A stretch of 64,000 nucleotides of DNA from positions 3,968,001 to 4,032,000 of the forward strand of contig OX597843.1 of assembly GCA_951406725.2 (NCBI GenBank), in the 5' to 3' direction. Within the stretch, counting starts at the first letter, position 1. Every line of letters starts with the position of its first letter. The notes below the pieces were generated by a model. The model saw only the letters and a program-made list of their open reading frames with translations, ran no database searches and was not told the DNA's origin. The position numbers were made by a program, and so were the translations under genes. Source of the stretch: Octopus vulgaris. Taxonomy: Eukaryota. Below, one piece after another: positions 15,859 through 29,186 of this stretch.

Positions 15859-16463
15859 GTGTGTGTGTGTATACTGGCAGTATCGCCCGGTGTTGCTCGG
15901 GTTTGTTTCGACCCTTTAGAATCGGAATTTTTGAAAAGTAAACATTTTGCATTATGTAGCTTGTTATTCTCTTTATGTGAACATTTTTCTGGTTGAAATA
16001 CACCGAAAAATGACGACACAGCAGGCAAAAAATTGTAAAAAATAGGGATTTTCATAGAAAAAAAGCACTTTTTTGATGTAAATAATTTTTGGTGTTAACA
16101 CGGTTAACACTACTAACTACACTACTAACAAAAAGGATTTTATATTTAGATATATCTGGGGTACTTATATGTACACATGACTTTTGCTTCGGATTTTTTT
16201 CCATGGGTGCATGTAAGTATTTCATTTTTTTCTTTTCGTATTTTCTACTGAAGAGGTAAAAATTTATGAGATTAATTCCAAAATTGATTCAATACAGAAA
16301 TAACGAACTTTTTTTTAAAAATTCCGTTGACTAGCTTCCCGATTTCAGTACAACGTATTTCTGTAGAGGGTATAGAATAATATGTGGAAATTGACAATTC
16401 AAAAGTCTGTTATCAGCATATTGGCAGGGAAATGTTTTTCTTTACCCTTGTTTATAAGTTGTT

Positions 16464-16508
<45 letters not shown>

Positions 16509-17143
16509 TCTAGTTTCGGCTCAGAGCTGTGGCACTTGGTGAAGCATGGAATTTGATATAGCTACCCTCATTTGCACCTCTTGCCGTGAGGTAGGTTCAT
16601 CTGGGACTCTCGACAGGAAGAGGTCCAGCTTTGATTTAAAAACCCTACGTCTACTTCGTGCAGGTTCCTCAGAGTCTTTGAGAGAATATTAAAAAGCTGT
16701 GGGCCCTTGAAACCCAGGCTGTTGCAGTAACTGGTCCTGAAGTGTGATGGCATTGCTGGGACATTTGACACTATGCAGTGTCGTCCCGTTCTGGCATTGG
16801 TGTAGCTTTCAATGCCAAAATTTGGCACAATTCCTTCCAGGAGATATACATGTATATATATATACCGGAGTAAACACATAAATGTGAAACAAGGTGGAAA
16901 AAAGAGTACTCAAATACCAGTGGTAGAGTAAAATGCTTTATTTAAAGCAGCAGAAAATTCAACAAAACCTGTTACGCTGAGTAACAGGTTTCTAGCAAAA
17001 ACTGTCCGACGAACGAGAACGTGAGACTCAGAGTAACAGGTTTTGTTGAATTTTCTGCTGCTTTAAATATAGTATATATATATATATATATACATACACA
17101 CAGACTAGTATGGTCTTAATAGTTCATGGGGATTGCCTATGAC

Positions 17144-17201
<58 letters not shown>

Positions 17202-18222
17202 CGGGAAGGTTTACGAAAATAAACAAAAGACGAAGGCAGGTGGAGTACAAACAAACAAATGTATTAGTATGGCGCTCAGGAATAGAAATAGAACAAGTGT
17301 TTTAGGTTGGGGATTGCCTATGACATATATATATATATATATATATATATGCATAATTACACACAGGGAGACTACGTATGCTTAATAGTTAATGGGGATT
17401 GCCTATGACATACATATATCTAAATATGCACGTGCATATATTCTATCTTATTACGTCAGCAGTATATATAAACACTTTAAACTTCATGGGAGTTCCACGT
17501 TAGTTATATATCTATAATATAATGATAGAGGAAGTCCGAAACTGTGTCGAGCTATTTTCCCCCCTCGTTATTTAAAAAACGTCATATTACTTTAAATAAA
17601 TTGTAAATGGATATTAAAAAGATTTTAAACTATAAAGTTTATTTGTATTGTAGCAGTATCGCCCGGCTTTGCTCGGGTTTGTTTCGACCCTTTAGAATCG
17701 GAATTTTTGAAAAGTAAAAATTTTGCAATATGTAGTTTGTTATTCTCTTTAAGGGAACATTTTTCTGGTTCAAATACACCTAAAAATGACGACACAGCAG
17801 GCAAAAAATTGTAAAAAAATAGGGATTTTCATAGAAAAAAAGCACCTTTTTGATGTAAATAATTTTTGGTATTAACACGGTTAACACTACTAACTACACT
17901 ACTAACAAAAAGGATTTTATATTTAGATATATCTGGGGTACTTATATGTACACATGACTTTTGCTTCGGCTTTTTTTCCATGGGTGCATGTAAGTATTTC
18001 ATTTATTTCTTATCGTATTTTCTACTGAAGAGGTAAAAATTTATGAGAGAAATTCTGAAATTAATTCAATACAGAAATAACAAACTTTTTTTTAAAAATT
18101 CTGTTGACTAACTTCCCGATTTCAGTACAACCTATTTCTGTAGTGAGTATATAATAATATGTGGATATTGACGATTTAAAAGTCTGTTATTAATTTTCTT
18201 TTGCCCTTGTTTATAAGTTGTT

Positions 18223-18270
<48 letters not shown>

Positions 18271-18531
18271 ACGGGAAGGTTTACGAAAATAAACAAAAGA
18301 CGAAGGCAGGTGGAGTACAAACAAACAATTGTATTAGTATGGCGCTCGGGAATAGAAGTAAAACAAGTCTTTTACGTTTCGAGCCTACGCTCTTCGACAG
18401 AAAGATACACAGAAAAGAAACAAGGATATATATATATCTATATATATATATATCGATAGATAGATATCTATATATATACATACTAACACACAGAGAGACT
18501 ACGTATGCTTAATAGTTAATGAGGATTGCTT

Positions 18532-18627
<96 letters not shown>

Positions 18628-18925
18628 TAATTACACACAGAGACACTACGTATGCTTAATAGTTAATGAGGATTGCCTATGACATACATTATATCTAATT
18701 ATGCACGTGCATATATTCTATCTTATTACGTCAGCAGTATATATAAACACTTTAAACTTTGTAGGAGTTCCACGTGAATTATATATCTATAATATAATGA
18801 TAGAGGAAGTCCGAAACTGTGTCGAGCTATTTTCCCCCCACGTTATTTAAAAAAACGGCATATTACTTTAAATAAATTGTAAATGAATATTAAAAAGATT
18901 TTAAACTATAAAGTTTATTTGTATT

Positions 18926-19306
18926 CTAGCAGTATGGCCCGGCGTTGCTCGGGTTTGTTTCGACCCTTTAGAATCGGAATTTTGGAAAAGTAAAACTTTT
19001 GCATTATGTAGCTTGTTATTCTCTTTAAGGGAACATTTTTCTGGTTGAAATACACCGAAAAATGGCGACACAGCAGTCAAAACATTGTAAAAAATAGGGA
19101 TTTTCATAGAAAAAAAAAGCACCTTTTTGATGTAAATAATTTTTGGTGTTAACATGGTCCGATTTGAATTTTTTTCTTCTATGGAAGGAAAAGCAAGCCT
19201 TCTTCTATCATACTCTCAATTTTGTTCAACTTGTGCCGCAGGGTCTCGGAGGATATAGTGTTAGTTGAAGGCTACCAAACCTGCCATACACGGACAACTT
19301 CAGCTT

Positions 19307-19313
<7 letters not shown>
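18926..19313 (-). mobile_element. Non-autonomous Helitron, family B (longest copy; deleted copies at ~9071-9340, ~11136-11410, ~15517-15790; its 3' ~230 bp starts every array subunit, e.g. 46-275)
   Basis: Same 3' hairpin+CTAG end as family A with a different body. The 5' end TATATAAAGCTGAAGTTG resembles family A's TATATAAAAGTGAAGTTG and merges into (TA)n. Confidence 0.75.
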
Positions 19314-19359
<46 letters not shown>

Positions 19360-19702
19360 ATACTGGCAGTATCGCCCGGTGTTGCTCGGGTTTGTTTCGA
19401 CCCTTTAGTATCGGAACTTTTGAAAAGTAAAAATTTTGCATTATGTAGCTTGTTATTCTCTTTATGTGAACATTTTTCTGGTTGAAATACACCTAAAAAT
19501 GACGACACAGCAGGCAAAAAATTGTAAAAAATAGGGATTTTCATAGAAAAAAAGCACTTTTTTGATGTAAATAATTTTTGGTGTTAACATGGTTAACACT
19601 ACTAACTACACTACTAACAAAAAGGATTTTATATTTAGATATATCTGGGGTACTTATATGTACACATGACTTTTGCTTCGGCTTTTTTTCCCTGGGTGCA
19701 TG

Positions 19703-19766
19703 GTTGATTGATTCTAGTTTCAGCTTATGAGCTGTGGCCATGCTGGGGCACCGCCATTTAAGTATT
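19703..19766 (-). mobile_element. Short CR1-type LINE/SINE 3'-tail insertion private to one array subunit
   Basis: Interrupts gcat|gtaagtat. Minus strand ggcggtgccccagcatggccacagctcataagctgaaactag matches the 3' ends of the CR1 fragments and SINE family 1. Confidence 0.7.
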
Positions 19767-20021
19767 GTAAGTATTTCCTTTTTTTCTTTTCGTATTTTCT
19801 ACTGAAGAGGAAAAAAACCTATGAGATAAATTCCAAAATTGATTCAATACAGAAATAACGAACTTTTTTTTTAAAATTCCGTTGACTAGCTTCCCGATTT
19901 CAGTACAACGTAATTCTGTAGAGGGTATATAATAATATGTGGAAATAGACAATTCAAAATTCTGTTTTCAGCATATTGGCAGGGAAATATTTTTCTTTTG
20001 CCCTTGTTTATAAGTTGTTTG

Positions 20022-20073
<52 letters not shown>

Positions 20074-20654
20074 TATAGATATATATACACTCTAGTTTCG
20101 GCTCAGAGCTGTGGCACTTGGTGAAGCATGGAATTTGATATAGCTACCCTCATTTGCACCTCTTGCCGTGAGGTAGGTTCATCTGGGACTCTCGACAGGA
20201 AGAGGTCAAGCTTTGATTTAAAAACCCCTACATCTACTTTGTGCAAGCTCTTCAGAGTCTTTGAGAGAATATTAAAAAGCTGTGGGCCCTTGAAACCCAG
20301 GCTGTTGCAGTAACTGGTCCTGAAGTGTGATGGCATTGCTGGGACCTTTGACACTATGCAGTGTCGTCCCGTTCTGGCATTGGTGTAGCTTTCAATGCCA
20401 AAATTTGGCACAATTCCTTCCAGGAGATATACATGTATATATATATACCGGAGTAAACACATAAATGTGAAACAAGGTGGAAAAAAGAGTACTCAAATAC
20501 CAGTGGTAGAGTAAAATGCTTTATTTAAAGCAGCAGAAAATTCAACAAAATCTGTTACTCTGAGTAACAGGTTTCTAGCAAAAACTGTCCAACGAACGAG
20601 AACGTGAAACTCAGAGTAACAGGTTTTGTTGAATTTTCTGCTGCTTTAAATATA

Positions 20655-20719
<65 letters not shown>

Positions 20720-20766
20720 CACACAGACTAGTATGGTCTTAATAGTTCATGGGGATTGCCTATGAC

Positions 20767-20811
<45 letters not shown>

Positions 20812-20930
20812 GGGAAGGTTTACGAAAATAAACAAAAGACGAAGGCAGGTGGAGTACAAACAAACAAATGTATTAGTATGGCGCTCAGGAATAGAAATAG
20901 AACAAGTGTTTTAGGTTGGGGATTGCCTAT

Positions 20931-20986
<56 letters not shown>

Positions 20987-21703
20987 TACTTAAACACAGA
21001 GAGACTACGTATGCTTAATAGTTAATGGGGATTGCCTATGACATACATATATCTAAATATGCACGTGCATATATTCTATCTTATTACGTCAGCAGTATAT
21101 ATTATACACTTTAAACTTCATGGGAGTTCCACGTTAGTTATATATCTATAATATAATGATAGAGGAAGTCCGAAACTGTGTCGAGCTATTTTCCCCCCTC
21201 GTTATTTAAAAAACGTCATATTACTTTAAATAAATTGTAAATGGATATTAAGAAGATTTTCAACTATAAAGTTTATTTGTATTCTAGCAGTATCGCCCGG
21301 CTTTGCTCGGGTTTGTTTCGACCCTTTAGAATCGGAATTTTTGAAAAGTAAAAATTTTGCAATATGTAGTTTGTTATTCTCTTTAAGGGAACATTTTTCT
21401 GGTTCAAATACACCTAAAAATGACGACACAGCAGGCAAAAAATTGTAAAAAAATAGGGATTTTCATAGAAAAAAAGCACTTTTTGATGTAAATAATTTTT
21501 GGTATTAACACGGTTAACACTACTAACAAAAAGGATTTTATATTTAGATATATCTGGGGTACTTATATGTACACATGACTTTTGCTTCGGCTTTTTTTCC
21601 CTGGGTGCATGTAAGTATGGCAAAATGACCATTCCGAAATATAACAATATCTGTTTCAACACACGACTTCACGTAAAATATCTTGCACAACAAATATTTA
21701 AAC

Positions 21704-21784
<81 letters not shown>

Positions 21785-21786
21785 AT

Positions 21787-21905
21787 GGCCTGCTCGCTTA
21801 GCCAGCGGGGTGGCGTCATTTGAAGGCTAAAACAATGCGAAGCGCATTGTGACCATCGATGTGTAGCAACATCTGATAGCCTGGTCGGTGAAGGTAACGG
21901 TGACA
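21787..21905 (+). mobile_element. 3' part of tRNA-derived SINE family 2, tail variant b
   Basis: Matches ~28851-28965. Confidence 0.75.
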
Positions 21906-21906
21906 G

Positions 21907-21954
<48 letters not shown>

Positions 21955-21975
21955 TTATATATATATGTATGTATG

Positions 21976-22021
<46 letters not shown>

Positions 22022-22193
22022 ACTAATGTAGGATAACATTTTTTTCGAAAAAAAATGTTATCGATGGCCAGCATATCAAAAGTACCTTAAAAGGTTAAAT
22101 TTATAAATAACTTACAAAATATGGGCAAAAGAAAATTTCTAATGCCAAATATCCCGAAAAAAAGACAAAATTGTCAATAACCATTATAATTTA

Positions 22194-22241
<48 letters not shown>

Positions 22242-22334
22242 CGGGAAGCTTTATGAAAATAGACAAAAGACGAAGGCAGGTGGAATACAAACAAACAATT
22301 GTATTAGTATGGCGCTCAGGAAATATAAATAAAA

Positions 22335-22600
22335 CAAGCCTTTTATGACGTCAGCCATACGTAACTGTGGAATGTTAAAAGGGCTTTTCCGTACCATATA
22401 TGTGATATGCATTAGATAAATAGTTCAGTAATAGACTGGATATATAATGCCGTCTTATGACGTCAAAGACACTTATTTATAGTTGACATAGGGAAACTTC
22501 ACACGCTCTGACGCACATACACTCGCAAACGCGCGGGCGCGCACTCACACACGCACACGCACACACACACACACGCACACACACACACACGCACTACCAC
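22335..22600 (+). repeat. Unclassified local repeat with paired TGACGTCA palindromes followed by (CA)n; copies at ~26690-27030 and ~29535-29850
   Basis: Shared cttttatgacgtcagc...tcttatgacgtcaaaga.a.ttatttatagtt in three diverged copies. Confidence 0.7.
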
Positions 22601-23029
22601 CGTTATATATATGTTTTGTTTATTCATTACTGTTTTCAATTTCGTTTTCGTCTCTTGTATTTACATCCGTCTTGTGCGTTCACATTCCTGTCTTCTACCA
22701 AGAAATCTAATGCTTACAGCTTAGTTTTTTTTCTTGGGGCTGGCCGAGTTGGAGCAAATATCAGAATTGAACAGCCGAAATTTGCTATGATGGTTCGGTG
22801 TCTGACTGAAGATTGAAGGCTTCGAATGATTTGTCTGTGTTCCGTGTTCGTCCCTTCCTGTGTTTCACGTTCATTATATATAAAAACATTCATTCTTATA
22901 TATATACATACATATATTTTCGGCGTTCTCCTTCTTACACCCTGCCGGGCCCTATCGATGATCTTCGGGTAGTTTACAATGTTGTATTTGTCCCTTCTGT
23001 GTTCAGCCCTGGGTGGCCAATAAAGAAAG

Positions 23030-23105
<76 letters not shown>

Positions 23106-23424
23106 AACACTGTGATACACGCTCCCTATTGATCGTTTTATTTCCTCTTCCCCTTTTTTTCCCCCTTTTTTCTTCTTTTTTCATTTCCCTTTTCTTTTGT
23201 ACCGTTTCCTTTTCTTTTTTTTCTTTTTATTTTTTATTTTATTTATTTTTTTTTGTTCTTTTCTTCCCTTTTACGATCCCTCTTGATCGAAAACCTACGC
23301 CACCCCTTTTTTTTGTTTCTTTTGTTTTTTGTTTTTTTCATCCCCCAAAAGAAAAGCTCTACCTTGTAACTTGTCCCATCTGTGTGCAGCCCTGTGTGCA
23401 GCCCTGTGTGGCCAATAAAGAAAC
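23106..23424 (+). mobile_element. Tx1/L1-like LINE 3' UTR flanked by (TATC)n; a related 3' end lies at ~22920-23029
   Basis: Homologous to 25460-25674; ends gtgtggccAATAAAgaaac followed by (tatc)n. Confidence 0.7.
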
Positions 23425-23524
23425 TTATCTATCTATCTATCTTATGGACGGACGATAGTCACATCGGCTTTGCCTTTTATTGCCTTCAAAAGTTTGTGTT
23501 TAGATAATATTATTTATGTAAAAG

Positions 23525-25148
23525 TTGTGCAACAACTAATAAATACATTCGGTTGTGCAAATTCTTTGCACGGGAAACCTGCCTTTGTGTGGGGTGTTTC
23601 CCCATTTTGTAAATTCGTCTTCGGCTTTCCTAGCCATTTTCTGCTTTGAGCATGGCGACTTCAAAGCCATGAAGTCGTCGTCGAGAAGAACGGTGGTCTC
23701 CTTGACAACGCTTACGACGTTGATTTCTTTACCCTCCCCTTCCCCACAGCTTCACGAGGGAGGGAAAGAAGGGGAGGAGAACACAGGTGCAGGTGCGAGC
23801 ATGGACGCCGACACACGAAGAATTGGAAGAAGCCAGACGACGGCTTCAGTCAACCACTACTACGGACAACTCTGCAACCACCACCACCACCACCATCACC
23901 AACACCATCACAAGCACCAACCACCACCGCCGCCGCCGCCACCATCACCACCACCATCACCACCGTTCTTCTCAAAAAAATTTTAAACTTCGTATTCTGG
24001 TAGAATTTGTCAAAATAAAACATTTCTTTCTCTTGGTTTTATTGAGAAAATTCTAGAGTTTGTAAGATATTTGTTGGTTTTTTTTCTTCAATTTCAATCA
24101 ATCAATGACGTCTATTGTGCAACAACTAATAAATTCGGTTGTGCAAACTCTTTGCACGGGAAACCTGCCCTGTGTGGCGTGTTTCCCCATTTTGTAAATT
24201 CGTCTTCGGCTTTCCTAGCCATTTTCTGCTTTGAGCATGGCGACTTCAAAGCCATGAAGTCGTCGTCGAGAAGAACGGTGGTCTCCTTGGCAACGCTTAC
24301 GACGTTGATTTCCCTAGCCTCCCCTTCCCCACAGCTTCACGAGGGAGGGAAAGAAGGGGAGGAGAAACACAGGTGCAGCTGCGAGCATAGACGCCGACAC
24401 ACGAAGAATTGGAAGAAGCCAGACGACGGCTTCACAGTCAACGACTTCTACGGACAACTCTGCCACGACGGCCACCACCACCACCGCCGCCGCCGCCACC
24501 GCCACCATCACCACTACCATCACCACTACCACCGCCACCACCACCACCAACACCAATTTTCAGTGTGTCGGCGTCCAGGCTCACACCCGCACCTGTGAAG
24601 CGTTGTCAAGGAGACCACCGTTTTCCTCAAAAAAAACTTTAAACTTCGTATACTGGTAGAATGTGTTTATAAAACATCTTTTTTCTCTTGGCTTTATTGA
24701 GAAAATTCTATAGTTTGTAAGATATTTGTTGGTTTTTTATTCTTCAATTTCTGCAATTTCAACCAATCAATGACGTCTATTGTGCAACAACTAATAAATA
24801 CATTCGGTTGTTGAAACTCTTTGCACGGGAAACCCTCCCTGTGTGGCGTGTTTCCCCATTTTGTAAATTCGTCTTCGGCTTTCCTAGCCATTTTCTGCTT
24901 TGAGCATGGCGACTTCAAAGCCATGAAGTCGTCGTCGAGAAGAACGGTGGTCTCCTTGACAATGCTTACGACGTTGATTTCCCTACCTTCCCCTTCCCCA
25001 CAGCTTCATGAGGGAGGGAAAGAAGGGGAGGAGAAACACAGGTGCAGGTGCGAGCATAGACGCCGACACACGAAGAATTGGAAGAAGCCAGACGACGGCT
25101 TCACAGTCAACGACTTCTACGGACAACACTGCCACGACCACCACCAAC
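23525..25148. repeat. Three tandem copies (~590-665 bp) of an unclassified repeat with internal inverted repeats and (CAC)n
   Basis: gtgcaacaactaataaa... starts at ~23526, ~24117, ~24782. ORFs at 23555, 24071 and 24821 translate near-identically. 24598-24625 is an inverted copy of ~24940-24967. Confidence 0.85.
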
Positions 25149-25149
25149 T

Positions 25150-25674
25150 ATGGCGAAAGAATGTATCTGGTGGACGCGTCTGAAAGGATTGGAGTCAAAC
25201 ACTTTCCTCTCTGATCAATCTCTCATCAACTTCTTCAACTATCACTTGAAAAGGAAATTGAGAGTAGAGAGGCAAGTTTTGTCTAGCGAATGTTTCAAAA
25301 AAAGATGGGTGAATGTAGCAAGGATGGCACGTATGAATGACGAAGCCACCTTGACTATGATCCTATGAGCCGTAAAAATTAATACAAAGAGTGGTCTTTT
25401 CCGTTGGCTTTTCTTTCCACGGGTAAACTTCACCTGTCCTCCCCTTTACACTTTATATCGACATTTCTGTGATAACGATCCCTATTGATCGATTTTTTTC
25501 TTTTTCCTTTTATTTTTTATCCCCCCCCCCCTTTTTTTTTGCTTTCCTCTTTCTTTCCTTTTACGATCCCTTTTGATCGAAAACCAAACCCCGTTTTTTT
25601 ATCCTCAAAAAGAAAAGCTCTACCTTGTAATTTGTCCCGTCTGTGTGCAGCCCTGTGTGGCTAATAAAGAAACA
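25150..25674 (+). mobile_element. Tx1/L1-clade LINE 3' end (ORF2 C-terminus 25150-25368 plus 3' UTR)
   Basis: MAKECIWWTRLKG...FFNYHLKRKLRVE...F.KRW resembles the K..IW..R / F...W C-terminus of Tx1-type ORF2. T-rich UTR, AATAAA, then (TATC). Confidence 0.7.
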
Positions 25675-25882
25675 TATCTATCCATCTATCTATATATATA
25701 TATAGATATAAGGACACAGGAAATGTGTTAAGGGCGATAGGAAGCGTTGCTGCTACCTAGGGCTAAATAGCAGTAGTATGATTCATGGGACTGTCACATT
25801 AAGTTGACAGTATACAACTACTCTATCGTACCACTACTGCGTAAATCTCTCTGAGATATTTAGAAATGCATTATTTCTGTTA

Positions 25883-26271
25883 TCTTTATATATAAAAGTG
25901 AAGTTGTGTGTCTGTCTCCTACGATTTAGATTCCTAACTACTCCCACATTTTGCGGTGCAGTTTAACCAAAACCGGGTATCTTATAGTCGTGATTCATAT
26001 CGAGCCCTTCTGGGTATTAACGCGCGTCTACGATGAGTCTGCGATTTCGAAAAAAATTTACCATAATTTTTTTTCCATTTTAATGCATTTTTTCGCTATT
26101 ATATAAAGGATGTAACCCTCTAAAAATGTCTACGATGAGTCAACGATTTTTAAAAAAAATTACATTATTTTTTTTCCATTATCAATGCATTTCTTTTGCT
26201 ATTTTTGGGCTATAACTCTCTAAAAATACTTATATAGTTATTTCCCGAGCAACGCCGAGCGATACTGCTAG
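25883..26271 (+). mobile_element. Solo full-length copy of non-autonomous Helitron A
   Basis: a|TCTTTATATATAAAAG...CCCGAGCAACGCCGAGCGATACTGCTAG|t; reverse complement of the array copies; A/T target, no TSD. Confidence 0.88.
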
Positions 26272-26281
26272 TATATATATT

Positions 26282-26668
26282 AGAAGCACTCCGTCGGTTA
26301 CGACGACGAGGGTTCCGGTTGATCCGAATCAACGGAACAGCCTGCTCGTGAAATTAACGTGTAAGTGGCTGAGCATTCCACAGACACGTGTACCCTTAAC
26401 GTAGTTCTCGGGGATATTCAGCGTGACACAGAGAGTGACAAGGCCGGCCCCTTTGAGATACAGGTACAACAGAAACAGGAAGTAAGAGTGAGAGAAAGTT
26501 GTGGTGAAAGAGTACAGCAGGGATTGCCACCACCCCCTGCCGGAGCCTCGTGGAGCTTTTTAGGCGTTTTCGCTCAATAAACACTCACATGGCCCGGTCT
26601 GGAAATCGAAACCGCGATCCTATGACTGCGAGTCCGCTGCCCTAACAACTGGGCCATTGCGCCTCCAC
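26282..26668 (-). mobile_element. tRNA-derived SINE family 2, full length (probably an octopus OR-type SINE)
   Basis: Head gtggaggcgcaatggcccagttgttagggcagcggactcgc...gtttcgatt with Pol III A/B-box-like motifs; near-identical to 42122-42508. Confidence 0.85.
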
Positions 26669-26910
26669 AGTATATATATATATACATTTATAAATAACTT
26701 TTATGACGTCAGCAATGAGTAATATATAAAAGGGCTTTCCCGTGAGATATATGGAAATGAACGTAATCTATGACATGTATTAACTTAGGAGTTCCATAAT
26801 AGACTAAATATATAATTATTTCTTATGACGTCAAAGATATTTATTTATAGTTGACACGGGACACCCTCACACACACTCGCGCCCGCACACATACACACGC
26901 ACTCATACAT

Positions 26911-26947
<37 letters not shown>

Positions 26948-27029
26948 GATGTATACAATTAAGAGAGTGAAAGCAGATATTGTTTTGAGAATTAAATAGA
27001 GCAATTTCAAGCAGTCGGATAGGTTTCGG

Positions 27030-27166
27030 TCGGTTGGTTGGCTGGTTGGTTGGTTGGTTGGTTGGTTGGTTGGTTGGTTGGTTGGTTGGTTGGTTGGTTG
27101 GTTGGTAGATAGATAGATAGACAGACAGACAGGCAGACAGGCAGACAGACAGACAGACAGACAGAC

Positions 27167-27200
<34 letters not shown>

Positions 27201-27210
27201 ATAGTTAAAT

Positions 27211-27247
<37 letters not shown>

Positions 27248-27278
27248 GGCAGGCAGACAGACAGGCAGGCAGACAGGC

Positions 27279-27321
<43 letters not shown>

Positions 27322-27396
27322 TAGATAGATAGACAGACAGACAGATAGATACATACATACATACATACATACATAGATATATAGATAGATAGATAA

Positions 27397-27458
<62 letters not shown>

Positions 27459-27469
27459 CTAGTTTGATG

Positions 27470-27545
<76 letters not shown>
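27030..27545. repeat. Compound tetranucleotide microsatellite (GGTT)n(GACA)n(GATA)n
   Basis: Read directly. Confidence 0.97.
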
Positions 27546-27546
<1 letters not shown>

Positions 27547-28028
27547 GTTTCTTTATTGGCCACACAGGGCTGCACACAGATGGGACAACTTACAAGGTAG
27601 AGCTTTTCTTTTGGGGGATGAAACAAAGAAAAAAAAGGTGGCGTAGGTTTTCGATTAAAAGGGATCGCAAAAGGGGAAAAAAAAGAACAAAAAAAAGGAA
27701 AAGAAAAAAAGAAAAAAGGGAAAAGGAACAAAAGAAAAGAAAAATGAAAAAAGAAGAAAAAAGGGGAAGAGGGAAAAAAACGATCAATAGGGATCGTGTA
27801 TCACAGTGTCATGATGTATGGTGTAAAGGGGAAAGCAAGTAAGGTTTATCCGCGGGAAGAAAAGCCTACGAAAAAGACCACGGTAACCTTGGTCAATATT
27901 GTTATATATTACCACATTTGTTTGCAAGTGGGTAACCCTCTGTTTTCAATTTCTGGGTTCATAGAATCATAGTCAGGGTGGCTTCGTCATTCATACGTGC
28001 CATCCTTGCTACATTCGCCCATCTTTTT
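27546..28028 (-). mobile_element. Tx1/L1-like LINE 3' end flanked on both sides by (GATA)n; second copy at 28225-28447
   Basis: Encodes [22 protein letters not shown], nearly identical to the end of the 25150 ORF; same UTR and tail. Confidence 0.75.
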
Positions 28029-28037
28029 TAGATAGAC

Positions 28038-28226
<189 letters not shown>

Positions 28227-28447
28227 TGTTTATTAGCCACACAGGTCTGAACACAGTCGGGACAAATTACAAAGTAGAGCTTTTCTTTTTGGGGAGAAAA
28301 AAAAAGTGGGGTAGGTTTTCGATCAAAAGGGATCGTAAAAAAGAAAAAAAGAACGAAATAATAAACGATCAATAGGGATTGTGTATCACAGAAATGTCAT
28401 GATGTAAAGTGTAAAGGGGGAAGCAGATAAGGTTTATCCGTGGAAGA

Positions 28448-28630
28448 TATATATCTGGAAGATCCTGGAAGAGATTGTGCCAAATTTTGGCATTGAAAGC
28501 TACACCAATGCCACAACGGGACGACACTGCATAGTGCCAAAGATCCCAGCAATGCCATCACGCTTCAGGACCAGCTACTCAATAGCCAAGGTTTCAAGGG
28601 CCCACAGCTTTTTAATATTCTCCCAAAGAG
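28448..28630 (+). mobile_element. CR1-type LINE ORF2 fragment
   Basis: YIWKILEEIVPNFGIESYTNATTGRHCIVPKIPAMPSRFRTSY; same family as 2401-2740. Confidence 0.8.
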
Positions 28631-28660
28631 AATATATATATATATATATATATATAATAT

Positions 28661-28965
28661 GTGGAGGCGCAATTGCCTAGTGGTTAGGGCAGCGGACTCG
28701 CGGTCACAGGATCGCGGTTTCGATTCCCAGACCAGGCGTTGTGAGTGTTTATTGAGCTAAAACACCTAAGAGCTCGACGAGGCTCCGGCAGGGGGTGGTG
28801 ATCCCTGCTGTACTCTTTCACCACTCTTTCTCCCACTCTTTCTTCTGTTGGCCTGCTCGCTCAGCCAGCGGGGTGGCGTCATTCGAAGCCTAAAACAATG
28901 CGAACGCATTGTGACCAGCGATGTGTAACAACATTTGATGGTCTGGTCGGTTCCGTGATCCCGTG
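28661..28965 (+). mobile_element. tRNA-derived SINE family 2, tail variant b (shared head, different 3' half)
   Basis: Head matches the 26282-26668 element; diverges after ...ctttctc into ggcctgctcgc.tagccagcgggg. Confidence 0.8.
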
Positions 28966-29186
28966 ATATATAATATATATAATATATATATATAATATAA
29001 TATAATATGTAATATGTAATATAATATATATAATATATATATATATAATATAATATAATATATATTAGATATATATATAATATAATATAGATATGTAAAG
29101 ATAAACATTCGTACATGCTACGACGAATTCTACGGTTGGCTATCGAGCTTGTAATGTTATGTTTTTCTCTTATATTTCTTGAGTTT

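Larger units (their letters stand above)
1..21618. repeat. Composite higher-order macrosatellite: alternating ~1.7-2.3 kb X and Y subunits, XY period ~3.5-4.5 kb; begins before the window
   Basis: Sequence at 1 recurs at 3542, ~7348, ~13801, ~17604 and ~21238. The 73-aa ORF recurs at 1596, 5123, 8917, 10982, 15363 and the 119-aa ORF at 2414, 5944, 12158, 20103. Homology stops at ~21618. Confidence 0.97.

Noticed and set aside
23555-25183. Repeated 120-175 aa His/Pro-rich ORFs as a gene
   Set aside because: Frames differ between copies, His/Pro runs come from (CAC)n, and no domain is recognisable.
26590-26668. tRNA genes at SINE heads
   Set aside because: No proper acceptor stem, and each continues into a SINE body; treated as tRNA-derived SINEs.
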